Source: the human T2T-CHM13v2.0 reference genome, Homo sapiens. From it: 64,000 bases of DNA. Made by a program: the position numbers and the translations under genes. Below, one piece after another: positions 39,500-53,479 of this stretch (the first letter of the stretch is position 1; every line of letters starts with the position of its first letter). The notes beneath the pieces were generated by a model. It worked only from the letters and a program-made list of their open reading frames with translations, searched no databases and was not told where the DNA came from. The DNA lies in assembly GCF_009914755.1 (NCBI RefSeq), contig NC_060931.1; one strand, given 5' to 3'.

Positions 39500-39690
39500 C
39501 ATGGCACTTTGTGCCGGGCACTGCTCTCCTGCTTTACAAATATTAACTTCTTTTAATCCTCATAATGACCTTATCAAGTACTATTATTATCCTCGCTTTA
39601 CAGAAGAGGAAACTGAGGCACAGTATATGCAGGTTGTTCACAGTCATACAATTGATAAGTGGCAGAACCAGGACTTGAGCCTGGGAAGTA
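39500..39690 (-). mobile_element. MIR
   Basis: tttacagaagaggaaactgaggcacag core (reverse). Confidence 0.8.
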
Positions 39691-41204
39691 TGGCTTTGGG
39701 CTGGGACTACAGGGAGCAAGTGAGGCATTTACCTCAGATGCAAAGGCCAGGGAGGCATCAAAAACTCGAATCATGTCTTCGTGCTGTATTTGAAAAAAAA
39801 AAAAAAGAAAAAAGAAACTCAACAGTAATGTAAAATAGCCATTTGAACAAAATAACCAAAGTTTAAATAAAGACAGGATCAGCATTGCTGATTTTTCCCT
39901 TTTGTCTCAGGTTTCAACAGGACTTGGCAAGGAGTTGCTTTAGACTATGTTTTATCTTCCAGGGCATAAAACCTCCTTTTTAAACATCTCTCTTTTCTTC
40001 ATAGCTCTGATTTCACTTTGTAATTGTACAAATATAGTGAGTTTGTTTGGTGACTGTCTCTTTTCCCTCTAGATGTAAACTTTATGAGACCAGGGGTCTG
40101 TCTTGGGTCACCTTTCATCCAAGTCACGCAGAAGGAAGGGTCTCACTGGGAGGGAAAGGATGGGTGACGGGGAAGGGGTCCAGGTGTCATAAGAAGGTAG
40201 CGACATGTTCCCTACAGGTTACACACTCGCATATGATACAATTCTATCCAACTGGAGGAACACACTGAAAAGGTAATGAATACAAAGCTAGATGAAACTG
40301 TAATGAGTTATATGCTTGAATAATAAACTCCATTAATCAGTCAGTTAAATAATCAAATGCCTATATGCCCAAATCATAAAATAAATTGGGTTCAATGCAA
40401 GTTAGAATTTCTTTCAAAACTGAAAATGGGATACAGACAATATTTCATCCTGTAGCTACAGGACCTAGCTTTTATCACTTTTAGGAGTAGCAAGGAGTAA
40501 ATGAAATTTTCTAGCCATGTAAAAGGTTTTGGAAGGCTAGAAATCTTAGCAAAGCTTCCTTAGACAGTAACCATACTGTGCTTACAGGTTTATCTAATTT
40601 TACAGTGCAAAGAAACATTGCTTCTTTCCTTTGTGTTCATTAGAGTTCAAAATGTTTCAGCAGATACAGCTTCCATTATCTTCACAACCTATCATGAGCT
40701 TGGAAAATAACAGCTTTCCCTATTTCATAAATCACTCTTATTCCTATTTTGTAAGGAGTTGTTTGTTTGGTTACTTGAAGGACTATCAAATTGGAAAAGG
40801 CAACATGATAAAAGCAATAGTTTGAGACTCAAAAATAATTCAGTAGGAAAGCCAATCATTGTTTCTGGTACATCCTGGATTCTGAGTTGGAACTGGGCTT
40901 TAGGGTTTGCCATAAGAAAACTACCTAGTGATGCCTTTGCATGGTCCCTCAGTGAGAGAAAAGACCAAGCACCCCCCTTCAAGGTTCCCTTCTTGTGGAG
41001 GCTTAATAATAATTCATTCATTTAATAATTCACAGATAGGGAGAGGGTTTCACAGTTAAATCTGAAACTTAAAAGGGCTATTTATGCTGAATTTCTGCTA
41101 TTGAGACTTTAAATAGCCAGGTTAACATAGTAACAGACTTTTTTTTTTAAGACGAGCACCTCTGAGCACACAAATAACTATACTAATTCAAGATCAGGAA
41201 GTGG

Positions 41205-41795
41205 TCTACACTTACGTCCATAGCAACGACATTATTCACAAGAACCGCAAGGTAGAAACAATCCAAGTGTCCATCAAAGAATGAATGGATAAGCAAACTG
41301 TGGTATATGGTTTCCACATACAGTGGGAAATTATTCAGCCTTAAAAAGGAAGAAAATTCTGATACTGAGGACATTACGCCAAGTGAAATAAGCCAGTCAG
41401 AGAGGGACAAGTATTGTATGATTCCATTTATATGAGTTACCCAGAATAGTCAAATGTGAGAGACAGAAAGATTCATGCTTGCCAGGGGCTGGAAGAAAGA
41501 ATGGAGAGTTCAGAGTTACTATAAATGGGTTTAGAGTTTCAGCTGGGGAAGAGGAAAAGTTCTGTAGATAGATGGTGGTGATGCTGGCACAAGGTGAATA
41601 CACTTAATGCTACAGAACTATACACTTAAGTGTTCCAGCTCTTTCAGAATTTGTCTAGCAGGTTTTCTGGTTTTCATTAGAAAACCCCCCACACAAAGAA
41701 AAATTAAAAATAAATAAAAATGAGAGCTATACTTAAAAATGGTTAAAACGATAAATTATGTATATTATGTTATGCATATTTTACCACAATAAAGA
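41205..41795 (+). mobile_element. L1MB-like 3' fragment
   Basis: caatccaagtgtccatc...tgtatgattccatttatatgag...ttaaaaatggttaaa...tattttaccacaat. Confidence 0.85.
41628..41689 (+). pseudogene. U7 snRNA retropseudogene with A-rich tail, inserted in L1MB
   Basis: agtgttccagctctttcagaatttgtctagcaggttttctggttttcattagaaaacccc resembles U7; U7 Sm site AATTTGTCTAG at 41648-41658; tail to ~41719; degenerate TSD agaactatacactta / agagctatactta. Confidence 0.92.
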
Positions 41796-42043
41796 TCAAA
41801 CAGCTACCAGCAAGAAGTGGACTTTTAAAAATTACGGTTTCCAAATGTAACATAAAACATATACTTAAAGATTTACATCTCCACACTTCCAGTAACAGGC
41901 AAATATGCTAGAAAAGAGGCTCTTAAAAGGAAAAAATAGTCTTCTGCTAGGACACGATGGATGATATTCATTCAAAACACACTCCTACACTGTGCCCACA
42001 CTTTCTCTTCCATTTAGGAAGGTATATTAGAACCTAACAAAGT

Positions 42044-42359
<316 letters not shown>

Positions 42360-43592
42360 TTACCATAGGGTAACCTGAAGTTCTTACCCCATTTACTTTT
42401 TGATTAAGTAATTTACAAACTCTGGTATTTTATTACTGTTAAAACTTCTTGGGAGACAACTCACACTCTTCCTGGCATAACATATGCTGAAAACTGTTGG
42501 GCTGGGGTCACATGGAGCATAAACTAGCAAGCAAAATTTAGCATAAACATAAGTCACTTCAGAGAGTTCAGCCACACTAGCTGAACAAATGAAGTGATTG
42601 ATTTTATCCCCTCAAGTAAGACTTATGAGCAAAAAGGGAAAAAGCTAAAAATGTCTTGGTACTAATTTTAACTGTATGTAATGGAAACCTCATTTCCTAT
42701 TCTAAATTTATAATTCTGATCTTATCAATCATCTCAGAACAGAGTAACATATCTGGATCTAAAATTACTCAAGAAGGCATTTATGCCCTCCTGTGAGTAT
42801 TATCTTCTTGAAGAGTGAATTTCACCACTGTTTTTAAAGTATCACATGGTCTTTTATAAAGTCTAGTAGGAATCAAAGTTGTATATCGAATAGAATTTCT
42901 TTATTCACATTCCAATTTTTGTAAAAGATGAGATCCACATTATCTGCCATTAATTTAAGTAAAAACACCAGCAACTATTGGGGCAGTAACTGCTCTTTGC
43001 TGAACACACACACTCCTAAAGTAGGGGTTAGTGCAGGCTCACCATCATTTATCCAAAAGCTCTGAAAAATGCAAGTTTTGATGACAAACCTGACCAGTTG
43101 ACGATCTTTATTTATCCCACTAAGTGTAAATGTTTGTACGTTTTACTGAAGAGTTACTAATATGTTTGATCATAGGGTACTGTTCTAGACCCCACTGGGG
43201 GTGTTATAAAACATTTATATATGTTATACATATTTTTATATATTTATATACATAGCACCCTATTTTTAGAATTTTGATTTTAAAAAGGTAACATATATAT
43301 ATCACTTTGATTATATATATTTATATATCATGTTATCTTTCAAAAATAAAAATACTAAAAATAATCCAGAATTCTATTTTTTTCTTTATTATTATTATAC
43401 TTTAAGTTCTAGGGTACATGTGCACAATATACAGATTTGTTACATAGGTATATATGTGCCATGTTGGTTTGCTGCACCTATCAACTCGTCATTTAAGTAT
43501 TTCTCCTAACGCTATCCCTCCCCCAGCCCCCCACCTGCCAACAGGCCCTGGTGTGTGATATTCCCCTCCCTGTGTCCATGTGTTCTCATTGT

Positions 43593-46500
43593 TCAACTCC
43601 CACTTATGAGTGAGAACATGTGGTGTTTGGTTTTCTGTCTTTGTGATATTTTGCTGAGAATGATGGTTTCCAGCTTCATCCATGTCCCTACAAAGGACAT
43701 GAACTCATCCTTTTTTATGGCTGCATAGCATTCCATGGTATACATGTGCCATATTTTCTTTATCCAGTCTATTATTGATGGGCATTTGGGTTGGTTCCAA
43801 GTCTTTGCTATTGTGAATAGTGCCGCAATAAACAAAAGTGTACATGTGTCTTTATAGTAGCATGATTTATAATCCTTTGGGTATACACTCAGTAATGGGA
43901 TGGCTGGGTCAAATGGTATTTCTAGTTCTAGATCCTTGAGGAATCGCCACACTGTCTTCCACAATGGTTGAACTAGTTTACAGTCCCACCAACAGTGTAA
44001 AAGCGTTCCTATTTCTCTACATCCTCTCCAGAATCTGTTGTTTCCTGACTTTTTAATGATCGCCCTTCTAACTGGTGTGAGATGGTATCTCATTGTGGTT
44101 TTGATTTGCATTTCTCTGATGACCAGTGATGATGAGCTTTTTTTCATATGTCTGTTGGCTGCATAAATGTCTTCTTTTGAAAAATGTCCATTCATACCTT
44201 TGCCCACTTTTTATGCGGTTGTTTTTTTCTTGTAAATTTGTTTAAGATCTTTGTAGATTCTGGATATTAGCCCTTTGTCAGATGAGTAGATTGCAAAAAT
44301 TTTCTCCCGTTCTGTAGGTTGCCTGTTCACTCTGATGATAGTTTCTTTTGCTGTGCAGAAGCTCTTTAGTTTAATTAGATCCCATTTGTCTATTTTGGCT
44401 GTTGTTGCCATTGCTTTTGGTGTTTTAGTTATGAAGTCTTTGCCCATGCCTATGTCCTAAATGGTATTGCCTAGGTTTTCTTCTAGGGTTTTTATGGTTT
44501 TGGGCCTAACATTTAAATCTTTAATCCATCTTCAGTTAATTTTTGTGTAAGATGTAAGAAAGGGATCTAGTTTCAACTTCTACATATGGCTAGCCAGTTT
44601 GCCCAGCACCATTTATTAAATAGGGAATCCTTTCCCCATTGCTTGTTTTTCTCAGGTTTGTCAAAGATTAGATGGTGGTAGATGTGTGGTGTTATTTCTG
44701 AGGTCTCTGTTCTGTTCCATTGGTCTGTATCTGTTCTGATACCAGTACCACACTGTTTTGGTTACTGTAGCCTTGTAGTGTAGTTTGAAGTCAGGTAGCG
44801 TGATGCCTCCAGCTTTGCTCTTTTTGCTTAGGATTGTCTTGGCTATGTGGGCTCTTTTTTGTTCCATATGAAATTTAAAGTAGTTTTTTCCAATTCTGTG
44901 AAGAAAGTCAGTGTTAGTTTGATAGGGATAGCATTCAATCTACAAATTACCTTGGGCAGTATGGCTATTTTCAGGATATTGATTCCTCCTATCCATGAGC
45001 ATGGCATGTTTTTCCATTTGTTTGTGTCCTCTTTTATTTCACTGAGGAGTGGTTTGTAGTTCTCCTTGAAGAGGTCCTTCACTACTCTTGTAAGTTGGAT
45101 TCCTAGGTATTTTATTCTCTTTGTAGTAATTGTGAATGGGAGTTCACTCATGATTTGGCTCTCTGTTTGTCTGTTATTGGTGTATAGGAATGCTTGTGGT
45201 TTTTGCACATTGATTTTGTATCCTGAGACTTTGCGGAAGTTGCTTATCAGCTTAACGAGATTTTGGGCTCAGATGATGGGGTTTTCTAAATATACAGTCA
45301 CGTCATCTGCAAACAAAGACAATTTGACTTCCTCTTTTCCTAATTGAATACACTTTATTTCTTTCTCTTGCTTGATTGTCCTGGCCAGAACTTCCAATAC
45401 ATTTTGAATAGGAGTGGCGACAGACGGCATCCTTGTCTTGTGCTGGCTTTCAATGGGAATGCTTCCAGTTTTTGCCCATTCAGTATGACATTAGCTGTGG
45501 GTTTGTCATAAAGCTCTTATTATTTTGAGGTACATTCCATTAATACCTCATTTATTGAAAGTTTTTTAGCATGAAAGGCTGTTGGATATTGTTGAAGGCC
45601 TTTTCTGTATCTATTGAGATAATCATGTGGTTTTGGTCACTGGTTCTGTTTATGTGATGGATTACGTTTATTGATTTGCGTATGTTGAACCAGCCTTGCA
45701 TCCCAGGGATGAAGCCAACTTGCTCGTGGTGGATAAGCTTTTTGATGTGCTGCTGCATTCGGTTTGCCAGTATTTTATTGAGGATTTTTGCATCGATATT
45801 CATCACAGATATTGGCCTAAAATTCTCTTTTTTTGCTGTGTCTCTGCCAGACTTTGGTATCAGGATGATGCTGGCCTCATAAAATGAGTTAGGGAGGATT
45901 CCCTCTTTTTCTACTGATCGGAATAGCTTCAGAAGGAATGGTACCAGCTCCTCTTTGTACTTCTGGTAGAATTCAGCTGGGAATCCATCTTGTCCTGGAC
46001 TTTTTTGATTGGTAGGCTATTAATTATTGCCTCAATTTCAGACCTGTTATTGATCTATTCAGAGATTCAACTTCTTCCTGGTTTAGTCTTCAAAGAGCGT
46101 ATTTGTCCAGGAATTTATCCATTTCTTCTAGATTTTGTAGTTTATTTGTGTAGAGGTGTTTATAGTATTCTCTGATGGTAGTTTGTATTTCTGCGGGATC
46201 GATGGTGATATCCCCTTTATCATTTTATTTTGCATCTATTTGATTCTTCTCTCTTTTCTTTATTAGTCTTGCAGGCGGTCTCTCAATTTTGTTGATCTTT
46301 TCAAAAAGCCAGCTCCTGGATTCACTGATTTTTTGAAGGGTTTTTCGTGTCTCTATCTCCTTCAGTTCTGCTCTGATCTTAGTTATTTATTGTCTTCTGC
46401 TAGCTTTTGAATTTGTTTGCTCTTGCTTCTCTAGCTCTTTTAATTGTGATGTTAGGGTGTTGATTTTAGATCTTTCCTGCTTTCTCTTGTGGGCATTTAG

Positions 46501-47420
46501 TGCTATAAATTTCCCTCTACACACTGCTTTAAATGTGTCCCAGAGATTCTGGTACATCGTGTCTTTGTTCTCGTTGGTTTCAAAGAACATCTTTATTTCT
46601 GCCTTAATTTCGTAATTTACCCAGTAGTCATTCAGGTGCAGGTTGTTCAGTTTCCATGTAGTTGTGCGGTTTTGAGTGAGTTTCTTAATCCCGAGTTCTA
46701 ATTTGATTGCACTGTGGTCTGAGAGGCAGTTTGTGTGATTTCTTTTCTTTTACATTTGCTGAGGAGTGTTTTACTTCCAATTACGTGGTCAATTTTAGAA
46801 TAAGTGCGATGTGGTGCTGAGAAGAATGTATATTCTGTTGATTTGGGGTGGAGAGTTCTGTAGATGTCTATTAGGTCTGGTTGTTCCAGAGTTGAGTTCA
46901 AGTCCTGGATATCCTTGTTAATTTTCTGTCTTGTTGATCTGTCTAATATTCACAGTGGGGTGTTAAAGTCTCCCATTATTACTGTGTGGGAGTCTAAGTC
47001 TCTTTGTAGGTCTTTAAGAACTTGCTTTATGAATCTGGGTGCTCCTGTATTGGGTGCATATATATTTAGGATAGTTAACTCTTCTTGTTGCATTGATCCC
47101 TTTACCATTATGTAATGGCCTTCTTTGTCTCTTTTGATCTTTGTTGTTTTAAAGTCTGTTTTATCAGAGACTAAGATTGTAACTCCTGCTTTTTTTTTTT
47201 GCTTCCGTTTGCTTGGTAGATCTTCCTCCATCCCTTTATTTTGAGCCTATGTGTGTCTGTGCACATGAGGTGGGTCTCCTGAATACAGCACAATGATGGG
47301 TCTTGACTCTTTATCTAATTTGCCAGTCTGTGTCTTTTAATTTGGGCATTTAGCCCATTTACATTTAAGGATAATATTGTTAGGTGTGAATTTGATCCTG
47401 TCATTATGGTGCTACCTGAT
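43593..47420 (-). pseudogene. L1 ORF2p remnant (EN/RT/C-terminal, fragmented)
   Basis: Fragments [32 protein letters not shown] and [18 protein letters not shown] lie in different frames. Confidence 0.95.
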
Positions 47421-47479
47421 TATTTTGCCCATTAATTGATGCAGTTTCTTCATAGCGTTGATGGTCTTTACAATTTGTC

Positions 47480-48495
47480 ATGCTTTTGCAGTGGCGGTAC
47501 TGGTTGTTCATTTCCATGTTTAGTGCTTCCTTCAGGAGCTCTTGTAAGGCAGGCCTGGTGGTGACAAAATCTCTCAGCATTTGCTTGTCTGTAAAGGATT
47601 TTATGTCTCCTTCACTTTTGAAGCTTAGTTTGGCTGGATATGAAATTCTGGGTTGAAAATTCTTTTCTTTAAGAATGTTGAATATTGGCCCCCACTCTCT
47701 TCTGGCTTGTAGGGTTTCTGCAGAGAGATCCGCTGTTAGTCTGATGGACTTCCCTTCGTGGGTAACCCGACCTTTCTCTCTGGCTGCCCTTAACATTTTT
47801 TCCTTCATTTCAACCTTGGTGAATCTGACAACTATGTGTCTTGGGGTTGCTCTTCTCGAGGTGTATCTTTGTGGTGTTCTCTGTATTTCCTGAATTTGAA
47901 TGTTGGCCTACCTTGCTAGGTTGGGGAAGTTCTCCTGGATAATACCCTGAAAAGTGTTTTCTAACTTGGTTCCATTCTCCCTGTCACTTTCAGGTATACC
48001 AATCAAATGTAGATTTGGTATTTTCACATTGTCCCATATTTCTTGGGGGCTTTGTTCATTTCTTTTCACTCTTTTTTCTCTAATCTTGTCTTCTCGCTTT
48101 ATTTCATTAATTTGGTCTTCAATCACTGATATCCTTTCTTCTGCTTGATCGAATAGGCTATTGAAGCTTGTGTATGCTTCTCAAAGTTCTTGTACTGTGG
48201 TTTTCAGCTCCATCAGGTCATTTGAGGTCTTCTCTACACTGGTTATTCTAGTTAGCCATTCATCTAAGCTTTTTTCAAGGTTTTTACCTTCTTTGTGATG
48301 GGTTAGAACATGCTTCTTTAGCTCGGAGAAGTGTGTTACTACCAACCTTCTGAAGCCTACTTCTGTCAACTCGTCAAACTCATTCTCTATCCAGTTTTGT
48401 TCCCTTGCTGGTAAGGAGTTATGTTCCTTTGGAGGAGAAGAGGCCTTCTGGTTTTTGGAATCTTCAGCCTTTCTGCTCTGGTTTCTCCTCATCTT
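47480..48495 (-). pseudogene. L1 ORF1p remnant (stops and frameshifts)
   Basis: Split ORFs 48181..48492, 47908..48126 and 47404..47808 (ARREWGPIFNILKEKNFQPRISYPAKLSF). Confidence 0.93.
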
Positions 48496-50134
48496 TGTGG
48501 TTTTATCTACCTTTGGTCTTTGATGTTGGTGACCTAGAGATGGGGTTTTGATGTAGATGTCCTTTTCATTGATGTTGATGCTATTGCTTCCTGTTTGTTA
48601 GTTTTCCCTCTAACAGGCCCCTCCGCTGCAGGTCTGCTGGAGTTTGCTGGAGGTCCACTCCAGACCCTGTTTGCCTGAGTATCACCAGCGAAGGCTGCTG
48701 AACAGCAAGTATTGCTGCCTGATCCTTCCTCTGGAAGCTTCATCTCAGAGGGGCACCCACCTGTATGAGGTGTTTGTCAGTCCCTACTGGGAGGTGTCTC
48801 CCAGACAGGCTACACAGGGGTCAGGGACCCACTGGAGAAGGCAGTCTGTCCATTATCGGATCTCAAATGCAGTGCTGGGAGAACCACTGGTCTCTTCAGA
48901 GCTGTCAGGCAGGGACGTTTAAGTCTGCAGAAGTCGTCTGCTGCCTTTTGTTCAGATATGCCCTGCCCTAGAGGTGGTATCTAGAGAGGCAGTAAGCCTT
49001 GCTGAGCTGAAGTGGGTTCTGCCCAGTTTGAGCTTCCCTGCCACTTTGTTTACACGGTGAGCACAGAACCAGCTACTCAAGCCTCAGCAACGGCGGACGC
49101 CCCTCCCCGCACCAAGCTCCAGGGTCCCAGGTCAATCTCAGGCTGCTGCACTAGCAGTGAGCAATGCTCCGTGGGCGTGGGACCTGCCACACCAGGCACA
49201 GGAGGTAATCTGGTCTGCTGGTTGTGAAGACCATAGGAAAAGCACAGTATTTGGGCAGGAGCATACCGTTCCTCCAGATACAGTCACTCACAGCTTCCCT
49301 TGGCTAGGAAAGGGAAATCCCCCTGACCCCTTGCGCTTCCCCAGTGAGGCGACACCCCACCCTGCTTTGGCTCGCCCTCCATGGGCTGCACCCACTGTCC
49401 AACCAGTCCCAGTGAGATGAACCAGGTACCTCAGTTGGAAATGCAGAATGCAGAAATCATCGTCTTCTGTGTCGATCTTGCTGGGAGCTGTAGACCAGAT
49501 CTGTTCCTATTCGGCCATCTTGGAAGCGACTCCAATAATCCTGAATTCTAAAACTCCTCTTAAGGAATAATGAACTTGGACTCCCATTTTACAGATGAAA
49601 AAACTGAGGCTTGAAGAGTAGCAGTGTCTTGTCAAGGCCCATATAGAAAGTAAGAGGCCAAGCCACTGAAAGAAGGTTGTCTGCTTAGAAGGCACTCTTT
49701 CCATTATACCAGGTGACGAGAAAACACACCCAGATAAAGACTATATGGTAAGAGATGAGTTATTTGGTGTTAATCTGAGTGGGTTTCCTGGCATAAGTGT
49801 AGCATGACTAAAATCGCTGGAAAGTCTCTGATTACATGAATATGATAGTGGCAGATTTTTCCTTGAGATTAATAATAGTTTTATCAATTTTATTTCCTTT
49901 GTTTTTATTTCCTGTTGGTGAAAATATTTGACATTTTTACATACTCACAAATCTAACAGAACCCTGTTTTGTGTTTCATAATTGTTGTAGTTTGTTTCAT
50001 GTGCCTTTAAACACTGATATTCTCAAAGTACAAAATATATGCATAAATACAGAAAAATATATATTTTCTATCTGGAAGTTTGGGAATTGGGGAGATTTAT
50101 GCCCTCACCCACAGTGTGACTTATGCAACACTGT

Positions 50135-50487
50135 TTTTTTTTGGTTGTTGTTTGTTTGTTTTTTGAGACAGGATCTTGCTCCGTTACCCAGGCTGGAGTG
50201 CAGTGGTGCGATAATAGCTCACTGTAGCCTTGACCTGCCGCCTTCCCCCATCCCCCCTGCCCTCCCCACCCACCCCACCCCTGGGCTCAAAGAATCCTCT
50301 CGCCTCTGCCTCCCAAGTAGCTGGCACTACAACCATGTGCCACCACAGCCAACTGATTTTTTTTTCCAATTTTTGACAGAAGTCTCACTGTGTTGCCCAG
50401 GCCAGTCTCAAACTCCTGAGCAAGTGATCCTCCCATCTCAGCCTCCTAAAGTGCTGAGAAAACAGGCATGAGCCACCATGCCCAGCC
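50135..50487 (-). mobile_element. Alu (AluJ-like) with a C-rich internal expansion
   Basis: Reverse Alu; extra ~40-nt C-rich run at ~50238-50281; flanks tgcaacac on both sides. Confidence 0.9.
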
Positions 50488-53479
50488 TGCAACACCATCT
50501 TTATGCTGCTTAAAGGAGGAGAGTATTATTTGTAATTTAACAGCTACATAAATGTGGGCGGAGTGTTTTAAAGAGGAGTCTGAGCATCAATGCAGAATGG
50601 ACACTGGTGTCCCACATGTTCAGCTGCACACTCCGCTTCAGCAGCCTGGTCCAACATTCACCATCAAAAACAAATCTTAGGTCTCTCCAGGTAATTTTTG
50701 TATCCAAACCATTTAATAGTGAATACAATGAAAGCCCAGAATGAAAAGACACCAACAGAATCCTGTAGGTTAAAAGCTGGCCTGATCTCATCATCAGTAG
50801 GTTCACAGTTATTTTGTTTGGTAGCTCAAAATAAAATTATTCTTCCCAACGGGCGAATGAACTTAGAAGCTCTAGCAATTCTGGCTCCTTTCACCAGAAC
50901 AAGCTGCAATCTGCAATAAACAGGAAGAGGCTTCATATGTGAGGTAAAAGCCTCTCTTACTCCCTCTCTGCCAAGGACGATTGCCAATGCAGTTTTGATA
51001 AGTAAATAAAGAATTACTGGATGGCCAAGAACTACCACCCTAAGCATATCCAGCAGTCAGCCCATGCTATTCAATTGTGCTACAACTACCTTTAAAAAGA
51101 ATGACTGAACTCACAGAATGGTAAGAGTTGGAATGGAGACCTCCCACTGGACAGCAATGAAAGATGAAACCCTAAATATATCTGAAGTGAATTTTTTCAT
51201 TGAACTGTCTCAAAAATCATGATGAGATTAACCTAGAACTCTCATATTTAGTTTCTTTGGTGCTACTGAAAATAGTTTGACCGTTGTCCATTTTTAACTG
51301 GACTGGGGGAAATAACAATGTCATTGTATTTTACATAATGAAATAAAGGATCTGGCAACACAGCGCAGCTGTTATAAAGAAGACACAAATGCCACCTTAA
51401 TATGATTTCTTAAATATATAATAAGCTGGGTTTTAGTCTGGGTCTGTATGCTCACTAATATCAAGTAAAAAAAAATGAATTATCTTCTGCATGAAGACAG
51501 GGAAGGTAGACAGGGAGGCAATGGTCTTTCATGCTAAAAGCTCTTAAAAGTCAGGAAGGTATTCAATATTTAAAAATTAAATGATGAAAAACCTGTTCTG
51601 AAGTCCCAACAGTTTTTAGATATGTGTTCCTTTTGTAAAGGAAATAATCTGCTGTCTGCTCTTTGGTATAACACAATAAATATGATAATTACTTCATATA
51701 ACAGCTTAAATTAAATTGCTTTTGAATGACTGTATTTGTTTCCATTTTTAAATATCTATAAAATTATAAAATATAAATCTACCTTTTCCTCTTAACCTGA
51801 TGAAATGAGCAAAATTCAATACCTGAGTAATTTCTTGTCTTCAATTATATAGTTGTTTACATATATAACATGAACTTTAAATATGATAATAACCTAACTA
51901 CACATTTTATAAATGCCTTTACTTTTATTTTAATATATTCTTTTTTAATCCCAACACTGTGGGCAATAAAAAAACAAATGATGAGCATTATCAAAAAGTT
52001 CCGAGTATAGTAGGGGAGATAACAGGAGACTGTGCCATAAATTACTAAAATACAAGGAATAAAGGGATAAATGGTACAGGAAGGCATGACGTGCTATGAG
52101 AGTTCAGAGAAAAGGAAGCTATCTTGAGATTATGAATCAAAAAGGTTTCATGGCATAGGAAATATGTGAATTGGATCTTGGCAAAAATTTGAAAGGATGG
52201 CAGAGGGGTCTAGCTGGCTGCCCAGGAGCTAAGGGAGGGGTTATACACTTGGACCCACCAGAAAGGCAGGGTAAAGCCCCAGTGGCAGTTGGGAGGTGGG
52301 GTGTGGGGAATGGAGGGTCTCCAGGGAACTCAGAGCTATCAGCATGAGATGGCTGCCAAGCTTGGGGCTTCTCTGACCATGCTAGCAGGCCTGAGCCGGG
52401 GAAGGGGCAAAGCCTTGGCTGCGAACACAGTTGGAAGTTTTGATGGGCAAACTGGATGTAATAATAACCAAACTGGGAGTGTTTCAGGAATTCAAATGTT
52501 TGGAAGATTTTTGATAAAACACAATTGGGTGAAGTAAGTGTCTGAGATTTCTTCCAGGAGCAGAACTGCCCCACAGAGCAGAAGTGTAGGAGCAACTGTG
52601 GGAAAAATTAAAGTTGTTATGTCATTGCCCCCTGTGAGTCCTGTCTGACATAACAGTTACATAAATATGGAATAGCTTAAATAACAAGCAGCCATGTATG
52701 ATCACTTATTTAGTACTTCTGGATGTACCCATCTCTTTATAAAGAGTACACAAACTTAGTAGTATAACAAAGTACAGTATAAAGAACAAAAGATATTATT
52801 ATACCATTTCTAATGAAAGGACTAAAATTAAGATTTCCAACAGAGAATGTAAGCAGGAAACCACTGTTAGGATTTCTCCTGTAAAACACAAGTTGGAGCA
52901 CTTTACTAATGTCTGGGATGAGCTGATGGATACCTCAGTGCTTATCTCTCTTTCTCTTTCATTTCTCTTTAAAGAAAGAAATCTATACACATTTTCTTTC
53001 TGGAGACATGATTACCAGAAACATATAACACTGGGGCAGTAGCACTCATCTACCTATTTTTTTAAAAGAAATTTTTGCTTACCTGGAACTTGCTAAGAAT
53101 AAAGTTAACATGCTTATTTTTCTTTTTGGTACTTGGAACAATGTTAATGTACCTCAAAATTTTAGTGTAAAATCAAATGTATTTTCTATCAAGCTAGACA
53201 TTTTTATATACTCAAGGTTTTGTTGTTTTCTGGCAACTGGCCAAAGCAACCCATTTATAAAAGAAATTGGTATTTCTCTCCTGGCAGAGATAAGAGCTCT
53301 GTCAGTCATCCTTTGTGGATTGTTCTCTCATGAATTGGGGGCACAGGGAGAAAAAGAGAAAAAGAGAGAATACATGACAGTTAAAAACAAATTTATAACT
53401 ACATACACATCTCAACGTAGAAACAATTAGTCATCACTAGTAAAAGACGCGACCTTCAAATGCAAGTGAACTTGAAAAA

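Larger units (their letters stand above)
43376..49533 (-). mobile_element. Full-length (~6.15 kb) L1PA (about PA5-PA7), ORFs disrupted, sense to NRCAM
   Basis: 5' end GGAGTCGCTTCCAAGATGGCCGAATAGG (YY1 site), ORF1 and ORF2 fragments, 3' UTR and A tail. TSD aataatcc(a/t)gaattct at 43360-43375 and 49534-49549. Confidence 0.98.

Noticed and set aside
43593-48492. Possible active L1 or novel reverse-transcriptase system
   Set aside because: Ordinary L1 ORF1/ORF2 broken by many stops and frameshifts; not autonomous.
49971-50471. 166-aa ORF and other Alu-containing ORFs (e.g. 34605..34907, 24963..25313)
   Set aside because: Typical Alu-derived translations (PRLECSG, SLQPL); no exon structure.
52137-52595. 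152-aa minus-strand ORF
   Set aside because: No recognisable domain, non-ATG start, and no convincing splice or promoter context.
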